From positions 1,700 to 65,699 of the forward strand of contig JAFTXO010000033.1 in NCBI GenBank assembly GCA_017461765.1: a stretch of 64,000 nucleotides of DNA, read 5' to 3'. A program made the position numbers and the translations under genes. The stretch comes from Clostridia bacterium (GTDB lineage Bacteria; Bacillota; Clostridia; Oscillospirales; CAG-272). Positions 9,269-19,316 of this stretch are shown in pieces. The notes under the pieces are model-generated. The model was given only the letters and a program-made list of their open reading frames with translations, was not told the origin of the DNA and did not search any database. Within the stretch, counting starts at the first letter, position 1. Each line of letters begins with the position of its first letter.

Positions 9269-10150
9269 TCATATTCCCGCTAACATAAGGAAAAATCCAA
9301 ACAGAGCAGAGATAAGATAAAGTATCACGGTAATACGGATATTTTCCTTCAAGCATTTATTTGTTTTAAACAGCACCGCAAGACCTACGCCTGCACCTGA
9401 GCAAAGCCCTGCGATTGCAGAACCGAATGATAGAGAGCCCGCAACGTAAAGCTCAGTTATTGCAACCGATATAGCACAGTTTGGAATGAGCCCTAATAAT
9501 GCCGTAATAAACGGCTGAGAATAGCTTCCGCTAAGCAGGATATTGTTAAGAGTTTCGCTCGGTACAAAGATCAAAACAGCCTCAAGTATTAAATTAACGA
9601 TCAAAATAAACAGTGCAATTTTAGCTGTATGCTTGATAGCAGGCTTGAAAATCCCGCTTTCCTCCTCGCATCCGCAATCCTCACACATTTCAATCGGCGT
9701 TTTTTTGATTTTTATAAGCTTGTAGCTGAAATCTATAGCAACACCGGCAAAAATGGCTATAATAAGCTTACAGAGGATGAATTTCCAAATTGATGAATGC
9801 ATATCGGGGGAGCTGAGTAAGATCGGAATAGCCTCATCTGAGGTTGCTAAAAATACGGCAAGAAGCGTTCCTTCGGTTATCATTCCCGCAGTATATAAAT
9901 TAGAAGCGGTAGCCGAAAATCCACATTGAGGTATACAACCGAGAGGAGCGCCGATAAAAGGACCTAAACGGCTGTATTTTTTCAAAGAGCTTTCCATTTT
10001 CGACGAAGCCTTGTGCTCGATGAATTCCATAAGCAAGTATGCTATAAAAAGAAACGGAATAGCTATCAGCGTATCCTTGAGTGCATGAAAAAGAGCGTGA
10101 AGTATATCATGCCACGGATTTTCAATGTGTATAAAAAGAAGATCGTTCAT
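9269..10150 (-). CDS. Putative metal (Mn/As-efflux-like, DUF2899/ArsP-related) membrane permease
   Basis: Duplicated GCIPQCG / GLIPNCA motifs, ATSDEA, central CEDCGC; start at MNDLL behind an AAAGGA RBS. Confidence 0.75.
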   Translation of the reverse strand: MNDLLFIHIENPWHDILHALFHALKDTLIAIPFLFIAYLLMEFIEHKASSKMESSLKKYSRLGPFIGAPLGCIPQCGFSATASNLYTAGMITEGTLLAVFLATSDEAIPILLSSPDMHSSIWKFILCKLIIAIFAGVAIDFSYKLIKIKKTPIEMCEDCGCEEESGIFKPAIKHTAKIALFILIVNLILEAVLIFVPSETLNNILLSGSYSQPFITALLGLIPNCAISVAITELYVAGSLSFGSAIAGLCSGAGVGLAVLFKTNKCLKENIRITVILYLISALFGFFLMLAGI

Positions 10151-10166
10151 CGGTATTCCTTTCAAA

Positions 10167-10213
10167 TGTATAATCATTCTCAAATTCAATATCAAATTGA
10201 GAATTATTCTCAA
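10167..10213. promoter_or_regulatory. Tandem Fur-family-like operator boxes
   Basis: Perfect 8-1-8 palindrome TTGAGAAT-T-ATTCTCAA (10197-10213) plus a second copy GTATAATCATTCTCA (about 10168-10182) just upstream of the metal operon. Confidence 0.7.
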
Positions 10214-10339
10214 ATTACAAGGTAATTATATATCAACAACGACCTTTTGTCAATACCTTTAATAAAAAAATCGAAATTTTACAAAAAGTATTGAAAAATC
10301 GGAATAAATGTGCTAATATATGCTGTATAAAGGATTTTA

Positions 10340-10432
10340 CAGAGTAAATGTATGTGCGTTAAGTGTCATAAGGACGGGGAGTTGCCTTTTGAACGAAGAC
10401 TTAGGTTGCGGTACATACGTTGCATCCCGCTG
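10340..10432 (+). promoter_or_regulatory. THF (tetrahydrofolate) riboswitch
   Basis: CAGAGTA...GCGTTAAGTG...GGACGGGGAGTTGCC...AACGAAG...GCGGT...GCATCCCGCTG matches the THF aptamer pattern; lies upstream of folT. Confidence 0.88.
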
Positions 10433-10490
10433 GACTCATCTCCAAAATGGTTGCTGAAAATCTGTATATCATTTTAGGAGGTGTTTTTTT

Positions 10491-12392
10491 ATGAGAAAAA
10501 ATTCAAAAAGCTCTTTCAAGGACAGCTTTTCTGTCTTTGGAAATTTAAAGGTTCTGATCTGCACTGCGCTCATGGCAGCATTGAGCATAATTTGCGGAAA
10601 ATTTTTAGCTATTCCGGGCGGGAATATTTTAAGATTCAGCTTCGAGAACACACCGATACTTTTTTCATCGATGGCATTTGGACCTATCGTTGGTGCTGTG
10701 TGCGGTGTGTGCGCGGATCTTATAGGATGTCTTATAGTCGGATATGAGATAAATCCAATAGTCACGCTTGGCGCTGCCGCAATAGGACTTTTTGGCGGAG
10801 TAGTGTACAAGCTCACCGAAAAGCTTCCGGGATTTGTGAGAATAATTCTTTCGATCATTATAGCTCATCTTATAGGCTCTGTTGTTATAAAGACGTTCGG
10901 ACTTGCAAAGTTTTATAGCATTAATTTTGGTATTCTCATGCTTTGGCGACTTTTGAATTATGTGATAATAGCTGCGCTTGAGATAATCATACTTTGCTAT
11001 TTGTTCAAAAATAAAACGATCGTAGATCAAATAAGAGCAATAACATCAGGAAAGAGCAGTGTGACTGTCAATACTGTTAAAGATCTAAGAAACGAAAATA
11101 CAAAAGAAATGACCTATAATGAAGCGCTTGATTATATTCATAAAATAAATTGGTGCTTTTGTAAGCCCGGACTTGAAAGAATAACAGAGCTTTGCAAAAA
11201 GCTCGGAGATCCTCAGGATAAACTGAAATTCATTCATGTAGCCGGAACTAACGGCAAAGGCTCGTTTTGCGCCATGATATCATCTGTTCTCAAGGCTAAC
11301 GGATATAAGGTCGGAACATATACATCACCTTATGTCAAGGTCTTTAATGAGAGAATGGCTATAAACGGACAAATGATAAGTAATGAAGAGCTTGCGAAAA
11401 TAACTGAATATGTAAAGCCGTTTGCAGATGAGATGTCGGATAAGCCAACAGAGTTTGAGCTCATCACTGCAATCGCTTTTGAATATTTTGCAAGGAACAA
11501 TTGCGAATACGTGGTGCTTGAATGTGGACTCGGCGGACGCCTTGATTCAACGAATGTAATAAAAACTCCTATCCTCAGCGTTATAACCGGCATATCCCTT
11601 GATCATATCTCTATACTTGGAGATACTATTGAAAAAATAGCTTTTGAAAAGGCGGGAATTATAAAAAAGGGAGTGCCGTGCCTTTGGTGCGGTGAGAATG
11701 AAAAAGCCGAGGATGTAATAAAAAAAGTAGCAAACGAGCTTGAAGCGCCTTTTTATAACGTACCTCACCGCGACACCAAGATCACCTATATGCAAATCGA
11801 CGGAACAAAGTTCAATTTTGGCGAATACAAAGATGTTAAAATAAATCTTTTGGGCGAATATCAGCCGTTCAATGCTACAAATGTACTTTGTGCGATTGAT
11901 ATTTTGAAGGAAAACGGAATAAAAATAAATGAAGAGAGTGTTTTAAGCGGTCTTTTGAATGTTGTTTGGCATGCAAGATTTGAAATTCTTTCTGATGATC
12001 CGCTTGTTATAGCTGACGGCGGGCATAATATAGAAGGAGTTACAAGCGCTGTAAACAGTATCAAGAGATATTTTCCGAACGAAAAGCTAAATATCGTAAG
12101 CGGAGTTATGGCAGATAAGGATTATGATCATATATCTGATATAATAGGAAGCATTGCTTCACACGTATTTTGTGTTACTCCGAATAATTCCCGCGCGCTA
12201 TTGGCAGAGGAATATTCAAAAGTATATAATAAAAAAGGAATACCCTCATCCGCTTACGCAAAAGTAGATGATGCTCTTAGGGCGGCTATTCAAAATGCAA
12301 AAGAAAACGAAAAAAAGATCATCTGCATCGGATCACTTTATATGTATTCTGAAATATGTAATTTCTTTGAAAATAATGTGAAAAAATCCTAA
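10491..12392 (+). CDS. folC: Fusion of folate ECF S-component (FolT) and folylpolyglutamate synthase (FolC)
   Basis: N-terminal about 180 aa FolT-like (RFSFENTP...FGP..G...ADLIG); C-terminal HVAGTNGKGS, ECGLGGRLDSTN, DGGHN; no stop codon between them. Confidence 0.88.
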   Translation: MRKNSKSSFKDSFSVFGNLKVLICTALMAALSIICGKFLAIPGGNILRFSFENTPILFSSMAFGPIVGAVCGVCADLIGCLIVGYEINPIVTLGAAAIGLFGGVVYKLTEKLPGFVRIILSIIIAHLIGSVVIKTFGLAKFYSINFGILMLWRLLNYVIIAALEIIILCYLFKNKTIVDQIRAITSGKSSVTVNTVKDLRNENTKEMTYNEALDYIHKINWCFCKPGLERITELCKKLGDPQDKLKFIHVAGTNGKGSFCAMISSVLKANGYKVGTYTSPYVKVFNERMAINGQMISNEELAKITEYVKPFADEMSDKPTEFELITAIAFEYFARNNCEYVVLECGLGGRLDSTNVIKTPILSVITGISLDHISILGDTIEKIAFEKAGIIKKGVPCLWCGENEKAEDVIKKVANELEAPFYNVPHRDTKITYMQIDGTKFNFGEYKDVKINLLGEYQPFNATNVLCAIDILKENGIKINEESVLSGLLNVVWHARFEILSDDPLVIADGGHNIEGVTSAVNSIKRYFPNEKLNIVSGVMADKDYDHISDIIGSIASHVFCVTPNNSRALLAEEYSKVYNKKGIPSSAYAKVDDALRAAIQNAKENEKKIICIGSLYMYSEICNFFENNVKKS

Positions 12393-12519
12393 AAAATAAT
12401 ATAAAAGCAATTTAAGGTTGACAAAATAGTTCAAATTTGGTACAATATTTATATACGACAAATTTCGTACTTGGAAAAAATCGTCATTTAATACAAAAAA
12501 TGTGAAGAGAGAACTTTAA

Positions 12520-13440
12520 ATGAATACATCAAAATCACCTAAGTTTCAAAGATTAAAGATATTTTTCTCAAACATAAAAAGAGAATTTATCAAAAACAAA
12601 AACATCGTGGGTCAGCTTGTTAAGCGTAATGTAAAGGTGCAATACCGTAATTCCGCTATCGGAATTTTGTGGACTGTGCTTAATCCGCTTCTAAATATGC
12701 TCGTTATGTATCTCGTTTTTGGTACGATATTTGGATATAGCAGTGATAAGACGTATGTTTTGTATCTGCTTTGCGGCAATATAATCTTCAATACAATGAG
12801 AGGTGCAACGACACAGTCAATGACCTCGCTTGTAAATAACCGAGGACTTCTTACAAAAAATAAGATTGCATTTCAAGTCTTTCCTCTTTCGTGCAATATA
12901 AGCGCAATAGTAAATCTCGCATTCTCGTATATAGCTCTTTTGATAGTTATGATGGTAGTTGATACATCTTGTCCGTTTATGCACGTATTCAGCTTGAATA
13001 TGTTTAAAGCAATTCTTATGATACCGGCATTTTTCCTGTTTATATACGGAGTTTCGCTGGTGCTTGCGGCAGCATATGTATATTTCAGAGATATTCTTCA
13101 TTATTATAATATTTTTTTAACGCTTTGGATGTATATGACTCCTATATTCTATAAAACGAACACCATTTCAGGAAATTTTGGAAAGTTCTTTGTGATGATT
13201 TTAAAATGCAATCCAATGGTACACTTTGTGGAATATTTCAGAGCAGTAACCTACAGAATGATAGCCGAGACATCTATAACAGATACAAGCGCCGAAGCGG
13301 TAAAGCAGGTAGCGGCAATAAAGGACAGCGTGATAATTGATACAAACTTGCTTACATTATACGGATGGGGAATAGCATTTTTTGTTGCCGGATTACTCAT
13401 ATTCTCAGCATCGAAGCGTAACTTTATGTATAAGATATAA
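12520..13440 (+). CDS. ABC-2 polysaccharide export permease (Wzm/TagG-like)
   Basis: VKVQYRNSAIGILWTVLNPL, FRDILH, WMYMTPIFY, NPM. Confidence 0.9.
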   Translation: MNTSKSPKFQRLKIFFSNIKREFIKNKNIVGQLVKRNVKVQYRNSAIGILWTVLNPLLNMLVMYLVFGTIFGYSSDKTYVLYLLCGNIIFNTMRGATTQSMTSLVNNRGLLTKNKIAFQVFPLSCNISAIVNLAFSYIALLIVMMVVDTSCPFMHVFSLNMFKAILMIPAFFLFIYGVSLVLAAAYVYFRDILHYYNIFLTLWMYMTPIFYKTNTISGNFGKFFVMILKCNPMVHFVEYFRAVTYRMIAETSITDTSAEAVKQVAAIKDSVIIDTNLLTLYGWGIAFFVAGLLIFSASKRNFMYKI

Positions 13441-13457
13441 GCACTAAAGAGGTTCAT

Positions 13458-14264
13458 ATGAAGAAAAATAAAAAGGAAGAGGCTGTAATGAGTCATGCTC
13501 CCGTTGAAACACAAGAGGAATTGCCGATAATAGAATTTTCTGATGTAGAAATGGAATTTTATATGGGCACAGAAAAGATCGACGGTCTTAAGGAATTTTT
13601 TATAAAATTCATAAAGGGTAAAATAGACAGAACAAAAAAGAAGGTTCTTGACGGTATATCTTTTAACGTAAAAAAGGGAGAATCCGTTGCTATAATCGGA
13701 CATAACGGAGCAGGAAAAAGTACCACTCTTAAAATAATAACCGGAATTTTAAAGCCCACGAAGGGAAGCGTTAAGGTGCGCGGAAATGTTGCACCGCTTC
13801 TTAATCTCGGTGCAGGCTTTGATTTTGAAGCTACGGCAAAGGAAAATATCTACTTAAACGGTGCTATTTTGGGACATTCTAAAAAAGAGCTTGAAAAGAA
13901 ATATAACGATATAGTAGAATTTTCAGAGCTTCATGATTATATGAACGTTCCTCTTAAAAACTTTTCATCCGGTATGGTTGCGAGACTTGGCTTTGCAATT
14001 GCTATAGACGTCGATCCCGATATCCTTCTTATAGATGAGGTATTGGCGGTGGGAGATGAAAACTTCCGCCAAAAATGTGCAAAAAAAATAAGTGAGCTTA
14101 AAGAAAAAGGAGCTACATTTATTGTAGTATCACATTCAATGGGACAAATAAAGCAGCTTTGCCAAAGAGCTATTTGGATAGAAAATTCAAAGCTCGTTGC
14201 GGACGGACCTGTTGACGAGATCTGTGCGAAATACGAAGAATATTGCAGAAACAATAAGCACTAA
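13458..14264 (+). CDS. Polysaccharide ABC exporter ATPase (Wzt/TagH-like, no C-terminal carbohydrate-binding domain)
   Basis: GHNGAGKST, FSSGMVARLGFA, LIDEVLAVGD. Confidence 0.92.
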   Translation: MKKNKKEEAVMSHAPVETQEELPIIEFSDVEMEFYMGTEKIDGLKEFFIKFIKGKIDRTKKKVLDGISFNVKKGESVAIIGHNGAGKSTTLKIITGILKPTKGSVKVRGNVAPLLNLGAGFDFEATAKENIYLNGAILGHSKKELEKKYNDIVEFSELHDYMNVPLKNFSSGMVARLGFAIAIDVDPDILLIDEVLAVGDENFRQKCAKKISELKEKGATFIVVSHSMGQIKQLCQRAIWIENSKLVADGPVDEICAKYEEYCRNNKH

Positions 14265-14302
14265 CGTCAGTTGGTGCTTTTTGCAAAAAGGGAGGTAGTA
14301 TT

Positions 14303-15673
14303 ATGAATGATGGCAGAATAGTGTCAAGATATATCGGCGCATTTACTGATTTTCTTATAAATATTTCGGTCATTCTCGTCGCTTTCAAAATAGCCTATGA
14401 AAATAGCTTTATAGTTATGACCGAGAATTCGGTTATTGTTGGGGCACTTATTGTATTTTTGGCAAGCTTTATTTACTTCCTTTCGGATATGTATTCGCTA
14501 AAACGGCATGAAAGGCTTATAAATATTCTTGTCAAGGCATTTATAGCTCAGCTATTTGTTCTCATGTTTTCCATGGTTGCAGTTGCTCTATTTACTTCAA
14601 GAGTAGCATCAAATTATGTATTTACCATAATTCTTTGCGGGATTTCTTACGCATGTATTGCCGTAAAAAAGATAATAGTTACAAAGATACTTCATAAAAT
14701 ACGTATCAATAAAAAAAATCAAAAAAATATTATTATCGTAGGTAACAGCAACGGTGCTATTGAATATGTAAGACAGATAAATGACAATGCTCATTTTGGA
14801 TATAATATTATAGGCTGTGTCTGCGACTCGGAAAATCCTAAGCTAAAAAAGATCGGTACAGTATCGGAGCTTGATATGATCTTGAAGGTATATAAGCCTC
14901 ATGAGGTTGTTTTGGCTTTGCACGCACATGAGGATCAAAAGACTCTTGAAATACTCTCTGTATGCGACCGAAACGGCATAAGAACATCAATAGTTCCCGT
15001 TGAATATAAATATTTCAAGTCAAAGAGTCAGATAGATATGGTGGGAAATATTCCTGTCATAAATACACGTTCAATCCCTCTTGATAATATGGCAAATGCA
15101 GCACTTAAGCGTATGATGGATATAATAATATCACTTATAATGATATTGCTGACTTTACCGATAATGATAATCGCATTTATCGGTGTTAAGATATCTTCAA
15201 AGGGCCCCGCTATCTTTAAACAAAAAAGAGTTGGTAAGAATAATAAGGAATTTATGATGTATAAATTCCGTTCAATGAGGGTAAACGAGCAAGAAGATAC
15301 TGGATGGACAACGCATGATGATCCAAGAAAAACAAAATTCGGAACTTTCATGAGAAAAACGGGAATAGATGAGCTGCCTCAGTTTTTTAATGTTTTGTTA
15401 GGCTCTATGTCTATCGTTGGACCTCGCCCTGAGCTTCCTGTGCATGTTGAAAAATACAGGAAAGAGATACCTCTTTATATGGTAAAGCATCAGGTGAAGC
15501 CGGGAATTACCGGCCTTGCTCAAATATACGGCTACAGAGGTGATACATCCATAGAAAAGAGGATAGATCTCGACATAAAATATATTGAGGAGTGGACACT
15601 TTTTAATGATATTAAAATTTTAATTGCAACACCGTTTAAAATGTTTAACCGAAACGAGAAATATATAAAATAA
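14303..15673 (+). CDS. Undecaprenyl-phosphate glucose phosphotransferase (WcaJ-type priming glycosyltransferase)
   Basis: KRMMDI, KFRSM, DELPQFFNVL.GSMSIVGPRPE, VKPGITGLAQ. Confidence 0.92.
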   Translation: MNDGRIVSRYIGAFTDFLINISVILVAFKIAYENSFIVMTENSVIVGALIVFLASFIYFLSDMYSLKRHERLINILVKAFIAQLFVLMFSMVAVALFTSRVASNYVFTIILCGISYACIAVKKIIVTKILHKIRINKKNQKNIIIVGNSNGAIEYVRQINDNAHFGYNIIGCVCDSENPKLKKIGTVSELDMILKVYKPHEVVLALHAHEDQKTLEILSVCDRNGIRTSIVPVEYKYFKSKSQIDMVGNIPVINTRSIPLDNMANAALKRMMDIIISLIMILLTLPIMIIAFIGVKISSKGPAIFKQKRVGKNNKEFMMYKFRSMRVNEQEDTGWTTHDDPRKTKFGTFMRKTGIDELPQFFNVLLGSMSIVGPRPELPVHVEKYRKEIPLYMVKHQVKPGITGLAQIYGYRGDTSIEKRIDLDIKYIEEWTLFNDIKILIATPFKMFNRNEKYIK

Positions 15674-15677
15674 AATT

Positions 15678-16718
15678 ATGAAGATACTTATCGTGGCATC
15701 TAATATGGTGCATATAAAAAATTTTCATATGCCTTATGTAAATGCGCTTCGTGAAAACGGACATGAGGTATATATTATGGCGTCAGGTGATGGAGCGGAT
15801 TTTAATGTTCCGTTTAAAAAGAGATCGCTTTCGTTTAAGAATTTATTTTTGGTATCTAAAATAAAAAAGATATTGAAAAGCCAACGCTTCGATGCAGTCC
15901 TTTTGCACACCACTCTCGCTTCATTTTGGACGAGAATGGCGATAAAACGGTTAAAGGATCGTCCGTATGTTATAAATACGGTTCATGGATATCTTTTTAA
16001 TGAGCATACCTCATTTTTGAAAACAAAAGCTTATCTTTTCTGCGAAAAGCTCGTAAGAAATGTAACCGATAATATCGTCGTTATGAATAGCGAGGATATG
16101 ACAGTTGCAATAAAGCATAAGCTGAGCATAGGCGAGGTTTTTGAAATAGACGGTATGGGCGTGAATTTTTCAAGAATACAACCTGTAGATAAACCGGAAA
16201 ATAGCGAAAATGAACTTATAAATCTTGTTTTTGTAGGCGAAATAAGCAAAAGAAAAAATCAAATTTTTTTGGTAAGGGCTCTTAAAAAGCTACCTGATTA
16301 TTCGCTCACTCTTGTGGGTGACGGAGATGAGAGTAATACGATAAGAAAAGAGGCTCGCAGGCTTGGGGTTGAGTCAAGGCTTAAAATAACCGGCTTTACC
16401 AAGAATGTAAGTAAATATTTGTCCGAGGCAGATATCTATGTTTCAGCATCTCAAATAGAGGGTCTTCCGTTTAATGTAATGGAGGCAATGTATGCCCGCT
16501 TGCCGATAGTTGCGAGTGATGTAAAAGGAAACAGAGATCTTTTAAATCAAAAAAATTTATATACTTATAATGATGAAGAAGAGTATGTTGATCTTGTAAG
16601 ATCTACACCAACGGTACGAGTAAATTATGATATGGAAAAATATACCCTTGAAAAGGTAGTGCCTGCGAATACAAAAATGTATTTATCACTGATAAATAAA
16701 AAGCGGAGAGCTGATTAA
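15678..16718 (+). CDS. GT4 family glycosyltransferase
   Basis: TVHGY, FVGEISKRKNQ, EGLPFNVMEAM. Confidence 0.9.
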   Translation: MKILIVASNMVHIKNFHMPYVNALRENGHEVYIMASGDGADFNVPFKKRSLSFKNLFLVSKIKKILKSQRFDAVLLHTTLASFWTRMAIKRLKDRPYVINTVHGYLFNEHTSFLKTKAYLFCEKLVRNVTDNIVVMNSEDMTVAIKHKLSIGEVFEIDGMGVNFSRIQPVDKPENSENELINLVFVGEISKRKNQIFLVRALKKLPDYSLTLVGDGDESNTIRKEARRLGVESRLKITGFTKNVSKYLSEADIYVSASQIEGLPFNVMEAMYARLPIVASDVKGNRDLLNQKNLYTYNDEEEYVDLVRSTPTVRVNYDMEKYTLEKVVPANTKMYLSLINKKRRAD

Positions 16719-16738
16719 ACAACTTTCCGCTTTAGTTT

Positions 16739-18049
16739 TTATATAAGCTCTGCGTATATGTACTTTCCGTCGTGTGATAACGGCATTATATATTTTAATT
16801 CGCCGCCGAGCTTTCTTGTATACGGCACTTTGACTTCTATAAAATTAGATGTGTGTCCGCAAGCATATTCGCCGTCGAAGCTCTCAAAAAGAACCTCGAT
16901 CCGTTCTCCTTTTGAAACAATACCGTCAAGGATCGCTTTTTTTGTTTCTTTTTCAACTTGTTCAAGACGTAGCAAGCGCTCCTTTTTCACACACTCCTCG
17001 ACTTGGTTTGGCATGTTAGCGGCTTCCGTACCCTCACGCTTTGAATACGGGAAAATATGAAGATGTAAAAATCCTTGCTCCTTGAAAAATTCAAGCGTTT
17101 CTTTAAAATCTTCTTCAGTCTCACCGGGAAAGCCTGTGATAACATCGGCTGAAAACATTACATCCTTTATACATTCCCTTAGATAATTGAGATTTTTTCT
17201 CGCCATATCCGTATTGTATTTTCGGCGCATAAGATTTAAAATCCTTGTGCATCCGGTTTGCATAGAGATGTGAAAATGCGGCATAACCTTGTCAAGCGTC
17301 TTTATTTTATCTGTAAAATCCTTTGTTATGGATGCAGGATCTAAAGATCCGAGACGTATCCTTTTAAGACCTTCAATCTCGTTGATCTCGCAAAGCAGAT
17401 CAGCAAGAGAATATTCGTTTTCAAAATCCTTACCGTATGCCGCCGTTTCAATACCTGTAAGAACGACCTCGCAGCAGCCCTCGGAAACTATATTTTTCAC
17501 TTCCTTTATCACGTTTTCCTTCGGATTTGAACGAACATTTCCACGAGCACGGGGAATTATGCAATAAGCACATTTGGAGTCGCAGCCGTCCTCTATTTTT
17601 ATAAAAGCACGAGTTCTCGTGAGAGGAGCACCAACGATCATCGTATCAAACGAGGAGTGAAATATATCAGGCAAAAAAAGTTCTTTTTGAGTCTTTGATT
17701 TGAAAAGCTCAAGAGCTTTTTTCGGTATCATAGATTTTGCATTGTTTCCGCAAACAAAATCTACCCCCTCCATACTTAGAGCTTCTTTAGGATTTATTTG
17801 AGCAAAACAGCCTGTAACAATGATAACGGCATTTGGATTTTTAGCGACACATCTTCGAATAAGCTGCTTTGATTTTCTGTCACTTTCCGCCGTTACGGAG
17901 CAGGTATTTATTATGTATATATCACATTTTTCAGAAGATGCTTTTATTTCGACTCCAAGCTTAGCGAGCTCTTGCATCATAGCGTCACTCTCATACTGAT
18001 TTACACGACATCCGAGAGTAATAAGAGCTGCTGAAATTTTTTTATCCAT
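16739..18049 (-). CDS. mtaB: tRNA t6A37 methylthiotransferase
   Basis: TLGCRVNQYES, INTCSVT, CDSKCAYC radical SAM motif, HIFPYSKREGT; start at MDKK behind a GAGGA RBS. Confidence 0.93.
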   Translation of the reverse strand: MDKKISAALITLGCRVNQYESDAMMQELAKLGVEIKASSEKCDIYIINTCSVTAESDRKSKQLIRRCVAKNPNAVIIVTGCFAQINPKEALSMEGVDFVCGNNAKSMIPKKALELFKSKTQKELFLPDIFHSSFDTMIVGAPLTRTRAFIKIEDGCDSKCAYCIIPRARGNVRSNPKENVIKEVKNIVSEGCCEVVLTGIETAAYGKDFENEYSLADLLCEINEIEGLKRIRLGSLDPASITKDFTDKIKTLDKVMPHFHISMQTGCTRILNLMRRKYNTDMARKNLNYLRECIKDVMFSADVITGFPGETEEDFKETLEFFKEQGFLHLHIFPYSKREGTEAANMPNQVEECVKKERLLRLEQVEKETKKAILDGIVSKGERIEVLFESFDGEYACGHTSNFIEVKVPYTRKLGGELKYIMPLSHDGKYIYAELI

Positions 18050-18210
18050 AAATTCCTCCTTAAGCCCCATAAAGCATTATTGTTTTATAATTTTAGCATA
18101 TTTTTTTATATATGTAAACTAAAATTAAAAAATATTTTTTAAATACTCTTGAAAAAACACCGTAGAATAATTATAATATTTATAGTAATTTTTAAAGGAG
18201 GATCGCTTCT

Positions 18211-19203
18211 GTGAGAGAATTTATTATAAACTCAAACGACGCCGGACAAAGACTTGATAAATTTGTGCAAAAGACCGTTAAGGGCATACCGATCTCTCTT
18301 ATGTATAAAGCAATCCGATTGAAAAAAATCAAGGTAAACCGCAAAAGAGCAGAGCAAAAGCAAATGCTTAATACCGGAGATACCGTTCAAATGTTTTTAA
18401 GCGAAGATCTTTTTTCTTCCGAGATCACTGATAACGAGCTTTATTCCATAAAGCCGAATTTAAATATTGTTTATGAAGATGAAAATATAATTTTGTGCGA
18501 TAAAGCCCCCGGTATATTGGTTCATAGCGGGGAGGGTGACGGAAAAACAAGCGGAGACGGTAACGCAAACGACAGAAATACGCTCGTATATCATATACAG
18601 GCGTATCTTGCTCAAAAGGGCGAATATGATCCTATGAAAGAAAATTCATTTGCCCCCGCCCTGTGTAACAGAATTGACCGAAATACAGGCGGACTTGTGA
18701 TAGCTGCCAAAAACGCTATTGCGCTTAGAGATGTAAATGAGAGAATAAGAGAAAATAAAATATCAAAATATTATTTGTGTGCCGTAAACGGAAAATTACC
18801 GAAGGAACACGACACTCTTCGAGACTATCTTATAAAAGATCCTAAAAATAATAAAGTAAGAGTTTTGAAAAACAAAGCAATCGGCGCAAAAGAGATAATT
18901 ACCGAATACAGGGTCAAGGATTATTCAAAAACGAAGGACATATCCTTGGTTGAAATAAGGCTGATAACAGGAAGAACGCATCAAATAAGAGCGCATATGG
19001 CATCCGTCGGCAATCCGCTCCTTGGTGACGGAAAGTACGGAAATATCGCCAATGATAGAAAAAAGGGATATAAGCATCAGTCATTGTATGCGTATAAGCT
19101 CGTATTTGAGGAGCACGATGACAGCCTGCGATATTTAAACGGTCGCAAAATAGAAGTGGAAGTGTCAAATATCTACTTCTTGAGGGAATTTGAAAAAAAT
19201 TAA
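18211..19203 (+). CDS. RluA-family 23S rRNA pseudouridine synthase with S4 domain
   Basis: GQRLDKF, CNRIDRNTGG catalytic Asp motif, TGRTHQIRAH; GTG start behind AGGAGG. Confidence 0.92.
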   Translation: MREFIINSNDAGQRLDKFVQKTVKGIPISLMYKAIRLKKIKVNRKRAEQKQMLNTGDTVQMFLSEDLFSSEITDNELYSIKPNLNIVYEDENIILCDKAPGILVHSGEGDGKTSGDGNANDRNTLVYHIQAYLAQKGEYDPMKENSFAPALCNRIDRNTGGLVIAAKNAIALRDVNERIRENKISKYYLCAVNGKLPKEHDTLRDYLIKDPKNNKVRVLKNKAIGAKEIITEYRVKDYSKTKDISLVEIRLITGRTHQIRAHMASVGNPLLGDGKYGNIANDRKKGYKHQSLYAYKLVFEEHDDSLRYLNGRKIEVEVSNIYFLREFEKN

Positions 19204-19316
19204 AAAATTCGCACATAAACTGTCAGAAATATTTTCAAAAGTGTTGACAAGTGCGTATTTTTGATATATAATTATTGTATAAATGATAAATTATTTTTTA
19301 TAGCAAAGGAGATATC

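Noticed and set aside
18093-18120. dif-like TATGTAAACT half site
   Set aside because: No XerC arm; better explained as the mtaB sigma-A promoter (TTTACA...TAAAAT on the minus strand)
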